DNA from: Nemertoderma westbladi | Taxonomy: Eukaryota > Animalia > Xenacoelomorpha | Assembly: GCA_032718475.1 (NCBI GenBank) | Contig: JAUCBJ010001076.1 | Location: forward strand, 1 to 55,214 | DNA: 55,214 bases | Direction of reading: 5' to 3' | In this document: positions 48,101 to 55,214 of the stretch, in pieces | Position numbering within the stretch: the stretch's first letter is position 1 | Layout: every line of letters starts with the position of its first letter | Translations under genes and position numbers: made by a program | Notes under the pieces: model-generated | Database searches by the model: none | Seen by the model: only the letters and a program-made list of their open reading frames with translations | Told to the model about the DNA's origin: nothing

Positions 48101-51100
48101 TGAATGGCCGACTGTATACTTTTTGATTGTATGAATGGCCGACTGTATACCTTTTGATTGTATGAATGGCCGACTGTACACCTTTTGATTGTATGAATGG
48201 CCGACTGAATACCTTTTGATTGTATGAATGGCCGACTGTACACCTTTTGATTGTATGAATGGCCGACTGTACACCTTTTGATTGTATGAATGGCCGACTG
48301 TACACCTTTTGATTGTATGAATGGCCGACTGTACACCTTTTGATTGTATGAATGGCCGACTGTATACCTTTTGATTGTATAAATGGCCGGCTGTATACCT
48401 TTGATTGTATGAATGGCCGACTGTACACCTTTTGATTGTTTGAATGGCCGATTGTATACCTTTTGATTGTATGAATGGCCGACTGTACACCTTTTGATTG
48501 TATGAATGGCCGACTGTATACCTTTTGATTGTATGAATGGCCGACTGTATACCTTTTGATTGTATGAATGGCCGGCTGTATACCTTTGATTGTATGAATG
48601 GCCGACTGTACACCTTTTGATTGTATGAATGGCCGACTGTATACCTTTTGATTGTATGAATGGCCGACTGTACACCTTTTGATTGTATGAATGGCCGATT
48701 GTATACCTTTTGATTGTATGAATGGCCGACTGTATACCTTTTGATTGTATGGATGGCCGACTGTATACCTTTTGATTGTATGAATGGCCGACTGCATACC
48801 TTTTGATTGTGTGGATGGCCGACTGTATCTTCAGACACCTGGTAGTGTAGGAATCCAATGTCTCGTATTCTTGGTCCGCCCATGTTGCGTCGTCCAAACC
48901 ATCCCGCTGTAAGTCCCTGTCTACTGCCGGAAATCCAACCTGAACGAATATTATATAGTTTTATTCAAATTAATATATGAAACTGAAACTTTATTATTAC
49001 CCACTGTTAGTATAGATAACGGGTAGATAATCTCTATTTAATTCATTACTAATATTTATTAATCGATGCTTATAAATATTTATATTTATATAAAGTGAAT
49101 AGTAAAAGTACCTAGTAAAACGTGATATATATTTACGGTTTAAAGGGATATTAAGGATTGGGCATTCAGCACGTGTTGGGGTTCGTTGTAATTATTTATA
49201 GCCAGATTCAGGCAGGGTTGTGTTCAGTAAGCCGTTAGGGAAGCAGCGCGTGTGTCCAATCATCGAGGAGTAAGCCGTTAGGGAAGCAGTGCGTGTGTCC
49301 AATCATAAACGAGTAAGCCGTTAGGGAAGCAGCGCGTGTGTCCAATCATAAACGAGTAAGCCGTTAGGGAAGCAGCGCGTGTGTCCAATCATAAACGAGT
49401 AAGCCGTTAGGGAAGCAGCGCGTGTGTCCAATCATAAACGAGTAAGCCGTTAGGGAAGCAGCGCGTGTGTCCAATCATAAACGAGTAAGCCGTTAGGGAA
49501 GCAGCGCGTGTGTCCAATCATAAACGAGGCGTTAGGGAAGCAGCGCGTGTGTCCAATCATAAACGAGTAAGCCGTTAGGGAAGCAGCGCATGTGTCCAAT
49601 CATAAACGAGTAAGCCGTTAGGGAAGCAGCGCGTGTGTCCAATCATAAACGAGTAAGCCGTTAGGGAAGCAGCGCGTGTGTCCAATCATAAACGAGTAAG
49701 CCGTTAGGGAAGCAGCGCGTGTGTCCAATCATAAACGAGTAAGCCGTTAGGGAAGCAGCGCGTGTGTCCAATCATAAACGAGTAAGCCGTTAGGGAAGCA
49801 GCGCGTGTGTCCAATCATAAACGAGGCGTTATATTCATTTCGTTCATCATTCTCCGGTAGATACCAAATACCCAACTATATTAGTAAATTGGTCTGGTGG
49901 ATAATATATTATCAGATAGGAGTTTATTAGACTAGGATCTGACTTGGATAACCTTTAGGGCACTGCGGATGGCGAATGTAATGTCCTGCAAAGCAGAGGC
50001 GGCGGATCTGATCAAGTGTCAAGTCAGGGGGACTAATGCATCACCTCCAATGTTGTATTGAGTCTGATTGGAGATGTGTTGAAACTGTTGATTGTACTTG
50101 ACACAATGAACTCGGCGCAGCATTCATGTGAAAGTGCCATCCAGAGATTTTGAGTCCTCAGCAGTTAGAACCCAGCATGGACTCACATATAAGAGTACTG
50201 GTTCTACTGCTGCTCTAAATAATCGAACTAAGAGTACTGGTTCTACTGCTGCTCTAAATAATCGAACCTAAAGGTTCCCTTTTATTCTATCTATTCAATG
50301 CTGCCCATGCAATAGCACGTAGTTTGATTTTAACTCGTAATCAGATGTTATTTGAATCCATTTCACCCCTGGAGAAGGTTGAATTTATTTGACATCATAT
50401 GAGACACCTCGCATCTGAACAAATATTCAATAAGTTATACAAGTTAGTTAACATAGAGTCTCTGGCAATTTTGTCTTGTACCTGAAATTATTAGAGTTTA
50501 ACAAACCTTAATGTTATTTACAACTTGAAGAATACTGTTTGTTTCTACACTTAATTTCTCCACTTCCTCAATACGGATTTGGTTGGGATTGGTGCTGAGC
50601 GCTTTCATCTTACAGTCTTGCACTGAGAGTTCAAGGGATCTATGAAAAAAGAAACACACATTATAATGAAGTTTATAAAACACTTTTATTCGAAACATCA
50701 ACAATTACTTTCTATTATACTTCTTATTGCTCTTATAAAATCTAATTATGTATTTATTTAAATCAACTCAATAAATTGAGTTTTTACCTCAAATTCAAGA
50801 GTAAATGTTCGCATTCGTTAATGTATTTCACGTATACCGGATTCGTCTCCAACCACTCTTTTACGGTTTTGCTTCGATTGGGTTGGACTTCGCCAGAGTT
50901 GGAATTACCTGATGAGGTATTCAATGCTGACGATAAACTTCTAAAAAATAAATTATAAGAAATATAAGAATAATTTATATTTAAGAAGTCTTCTTGGAGT
51001 TAACAAAAAGACCAACCCTAGAAACAGCCTGTTCTAATGAGCTGAGGAGCTGTTGGGCTCCCTCTAGAGATTCTGAGAGTACTCCTAAGTCATCAAAGTT

Positions 51101-52111
51101 TGGGCTTGGCTAGATTTCCTGGAATTGGTATTAAAGATTAGCCTTAATGATAGAGAACTCGAATATAAATTAAATCAATCTGTATACTCAGTGTAGGTGA
51201 AAACATTGTCTTTACAAACACTGTAATATCGATATTTTGTTACTATGGCAATACAGCAAGCCCAATGTTGCATTCGAAGTTACAATTTACGACATTTTAA
51301 AGCTGACATTAAAAGTTAACTTTTAAATGGTATCCAAAATTATGATTGTAATGGTACCCATTCAATATTAGAACTGTGCTCGCTGATATTAATTAATTAA
51401 TATTATATTGCCGTACCTTTCAATAGTACTATATACATTGTTGCTTGCATCAACTAGATCAATATCTTCTTCAGCTACTTCCTTATGTTCTCTATAGCGG
51501 ACAGTCAGAAGATCATCTAAGGCTTTACTCATTCGAGAGTTTTCTGTCAATAATAAAATATAAAATATATATATATAAGTTTTGATTACTGGTAAACAGC
51601 CCACAATAAGATCTCACATTACCATCACACAGAGCTTTTGTTTGGGTTACTGTAAATCCGAGCATTACTCTGCAGAAACAATGCTACGGATTGTACAGTA
51701 TAAATGGCAAACATGTTGAATCTCTTTGGTAATAACGAAGATGATGGGATGGATGGCCTGTCAATTAAATATATTCGCTGGCTTCTTCAGGATATTAAGC
51801 TAGAAAGTGTTGATAGCTCTCTTAGAGTTGCATGACTGAGAAGCAAGTCAAGCGGGCTGCTGATGCCATTCCCTAATTGCCGATCTATGGTTTTACGAAT
51901 ATAGGCCTACATTTTCCAAAATGTCTATAAATTTCTACATTAGGACAAATATTATATTGTGGGGTATCTGGTACATATTATTGTATTACAGTAGACACCA
52001 ATTAAACTAACCCTGGCGCCAATATTCCCTTTCACGTTCCACAGCTTCTTTCACCTTATCCTGTAACGCCATACCGAAACGAAGTTCTAATGATTTCATT
52101 TCTTGATTCAT
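43756..52111 (-). CDS. Spliced host gene, about 703 aa, unknown function (helical N-terminus, long Pro/Ser/Thr-rich C-terminus)
   Basis: Seven GT-AG exons with compatible phases and no stops: 52111-52012, 51543-51417, 50940-50788, 50639-50507, 48939-48839, 46460-46336, 45128-43756. The start codon and upstream exons (e.g. 53449-53174) are uncertain. Confidence 0.75.
46536..48830. repeat. 31-bp satellite, about 74 copies, filling an intron
   Basis: CCTTTTGATTGTATGAATGGCCGACTGTAYA head to tail; variant units recur at 587-bp spacing. Confidence 0.97.
49226..49830. repeat. 43-bp minisatellite, about 14 copies
   Basis: GAGTAAGCCGTTAGGGAAGCAGCGCGTGTGTCCAATCATAAAC; a shortened variant starts at 49526 and again at 49823. 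Confidence 0.97.
49930..50310 (-). pseudogene. Intronic LINE fragment of the 40880-42265 family (a second piece lies at about 50990-51120)
   Basis: Nucleotide similarity to 41100-41430, e.g. GTACTTGACACAATGAAC and GTCCTCAGCAGTTAGA. Confidence 0.75.
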
Positions 52112-52891
52112 TATTCTAGATATTAAAAACAATAAATATGTAAAAATCCGTTGTTTTTTTCAAAAATTTATTATAAAATCTTCAAAGTTAACTATTACTT
52201 TAAAAATTCATTTATTTATTTAAAATTCTAAATCATTTAGTACAATTTATTTAATAGATATGTATTAACTAGTTAGACAAGTTGCCACTGCCCAGTTTAC
52301 ATTCCATCGGTACTTATATTAAATAAAATTTTTCTTTTGTATCATTGTAATTACAATTTTTACTTAATTAAATATCAGGTTCTTTGTTTTTAATATTTTC
52401 ATATGAAGTGCACAGTATTTTTTATTATTTTTTATTTGTTTTTTTATATTATTGCATACATCGAAGTTTTTACTGTATCGTTCTTAATAGAAAAATTTTA
52501 ATCATAACGTGCCAACTAAATTTTTTTTTAATGTTTATTTTTTATTGCAATATGTAAAATTATCAACATTGTGATTTTTACTTACAATCTACGTCGTATA
52601 ATTTTGAACCCCACTATCTGATTATTGTTTATTTATGTTTGTAATATGTTATATGTTTGTACCTATAATGTATGTAACTTACCTGCATGACTTCATAAAA
52701 GAAATATACGCATATGCGTAGAATCCTTATAGATTTGCCAGTTCATTGTGTTTTATAAGAATTTATGTGCTGTATGTATTAATTTTAATTTGCATTTGGC
52801 GTATTAAACTAAACTAAACTATATTATTATTATTATTATTGAAAAAAGTAGAACTTTTATTCACTATTTTCGAGGCATTTTATTTACCGAA

Positions 52892-53169
52892 GGCCCATGT
52901 GAAGAATACCAGACTTTCTGCCGTTATATTTCACTTTACAGTTACCCCCATGTGAATAATACCAGGTTTTCACAAAAAACACAGGTTACAAAAGTGCTGA
53001 ATCAAACCAAAGCAATTAACGAATTAGTATATGTACAGGTTATCAGACAGAAATAAGCGCTATGAAACACTTAATAAAGATAAATAAAAAAAAATAAAAA
53101 ATCTTCATATATGAAATTCCAATAAAATATCGGCCGAAAAGTTAAATCCTGGTATTCTTTACATTGGCG
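52892..53169. mobile_element. MITE with imperfect 8-bp TSD (hAT-like)
   Basis: TIRs GGCCCATGTGAAGAATACCAG and CTGGTATTCTTTACATTGGCG; flanked by TTACCGAA and TTACCGAG. Confidence 0.6.
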
Positions 53170-53817
53170 TTACCGAGAGTCAGCGAGATTGCTTCCATAG
53201 TTACTGCGATCCCAATTATTGTACTCTTCAACTCCCGATGCTGCCTTACTCAATGTTAAATAGTTTAGTGTTCTCGAATATTTATTACGTAACTAGAGAG
53301 CCGCTTAACAACATAAACCAATATTGGATATTGAGTTCCGTCTTCGTGTTCGTCTTGAAGACATGAAAGTTGCAATAACTTTTGATAGTGTGAATGGATT
53401 TTACTCAAATTACTTGCAAACCTTTTCTACGTCAATGCTCTTTCAACACCTGTAAAAATATTTTATTTGACATTTTTCGCCGGGAAAAAAGGTAAAATCA
53501 ATGCAATCCTATGGGTAACTATCTCTAGGAAAAAAATTCAAATTTTTCTTCCGATTTTGGGGTATATTCCAACGAAAAAGTAACACTTTAAAGAATAAAA
53601 TTATGATATGGCACTATAATTAGGATAATATAACATATATATAACATATAACATATAGCGGGAAAAAATAATATATGACTCAATTGTAATTGTATTATAT
53701 ACATTATGAAATACCACAGAATTAGATATTAAATATTTACTAATTTAAACTTTGTGTATATGTGGTACTGGTGCATCTCCCTTATAATACAACAAGGCCA
53801 TTTTTTTTAGCAACTCG

Positions 53818-55214
53818 CCCCCCCCCCCCCCTCCCACATTCCCATCTTCCCACATTCCTATGCACCTTCCCACATTCCCATCTTCCCATCAACCTTCCCA
53901 TCTACCCATATTCCCATCTTCCTATATTCCCAGCCACCTCCCCACATTTACATCCACCTTCCCACATTCCCATCCACCTTCCCATATTCCCATCTTCCTA
54001 CATTCCCAGCCACCTCCCCACATTCACATCCACCTTCCCACATTCCCATCCACCTTCCCACATTCCCATCTTCCCACATTCCCATCCATCTTCCCACATT
54101 CCCATCCATATTCCTACATTCCCAGCCACCTTGCCCATTCCCATCTTCCCACATTCCCATCTTCCCACATTCCCATCCACCTTCCCACCTCCCCATCTCC
54201 CCTCATTCCCATCTTCCCACATTCCCATCTTCCCATATTCCCATCTCCCCACATTTCCATCTTCACACATTCCCATCTTACCATATTCCCTTCTTCCTAC
54301 ATTCCCATCCACCTTTCCATCTTCCCACCCAGCCACCGTCCCATATTCCAATCCACCTTCCCACATTCCCATCTTCCCACATTCCCATCCACCTTCCCAC
54401 GTTCCCACGTTCCCATCTCCCCCCATTCCCATCTTCCCACATTCCCATCTTCCCATCTCCCCACATTTCCATCTTCCCACATTCTCATCCACCTTCCCAC
54501 ATTCCCTTCTTCCTACATTCCCATCCACCTTTCCATCTTCCCACCGAGCCACCGTCCCATATTCCAATCCACCTTCTCACATTCCCATCTTCCCACATTC
54601 CCATCATCCCACATTCCCACCTCCCCATCTCCCCCCATTCCCATCTTCCCACATTCCCATCTTCCCAGATTCCCATCTCCCCACATTTCCATCTTCACAC
54701 ATTCCCATCTTCCCATATTCCCTTCTTCCTACATTCCCATCCACCTTTCCATCTTCCCACCCAGCCACCGTCCCATATTCCAATCCACCTTCCCACATTC
54801 CCATCTTCCCACATTCCCATCCACCTTCCCACATTCCCATCCATCTTCCCACATTCCCATCACCCACCCTCCCATCTTCCCACGCAGCCACGGTCCAATA
54901 TTCATATCCACCTTCCCACATTAGCTTCTCCCACATTCCCACCCACCTTCCCACATTCCCATCCACCTTCCCACATTCCCTTCTTCCTACATTCCCATCC
55001 ACATTTCCATCTTCCCACCCAGCCACCTCCCATATTCCAATCCACCTTCCCACATTCCCACCTTCCCACATTCCCATCCACCTTCCCACACTCCCTTCTT
55101 CCTACATTCCCATCTTCCCACATTCCCATCTTCCCACATTCCCATCGTCCCACATTCCCATCTTCCCATATTCCCTTCTTCCTACATTCCCATCCACCTT
55201 TCCATCTTCCCACC
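53818..55214. repeat. C/T-rich complex microsatellite (TTCCCACA/TTCCCATC), running to the window end
   Basis: Almost no G on the plus strand; repeated blocks containing CCAGCCACCGTCCCATATTCCAATCCACC. Confidence 0.95.

Noticed and set aside
46536-49830. CRISPR array (31-bp and 43-bp repeats; also 32300-33000)
   Set aside because: Head-to-tail tandem units with no unique spacers, no cas genes, and a eukaryotic context.
53860-55213. His/Pro-rich and Gly/Trp-rich ORFs
   Set aside because: Translation artefacts of a low-complexity repeat.

Overview
Repeat-rich eukaryotic (animal, probably invertebrate) genomic DNA, not prokaryotic. The main feature is a 17.1-kb BEL/Pao LTR retrotransposon on the minus strand (12586-29716) with 1244-bp LTRs about 99% identical and a TTTGT target duplication. 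It is unusual in three ways: a 4.5-kb 3' accessory region ending in a non-env, triple-CCHC ORF; two stop codons between gag and pol that a plausible in-frame GT-AG intron would remove; and no tRNA-type PBS, with three palindromes and an 11-nt complement to its own LTR in its place. It sits in one arm of a large nested inverted repeat (7950-30461). Also present: the 3' part of a BEL/Pao element encoding only gag and protease, with a hairpin cluster (1-4190); a carbohydrate 6-O-sulfotransferase gene (30539-31921); relics of Copia, BEL, LINE, Penelope-like and Helitron elements; several MITEs and satellites; and a 7-exon minus-strand host gene of unknown function (43756-52111). All calls were made by eye, with no database searches.
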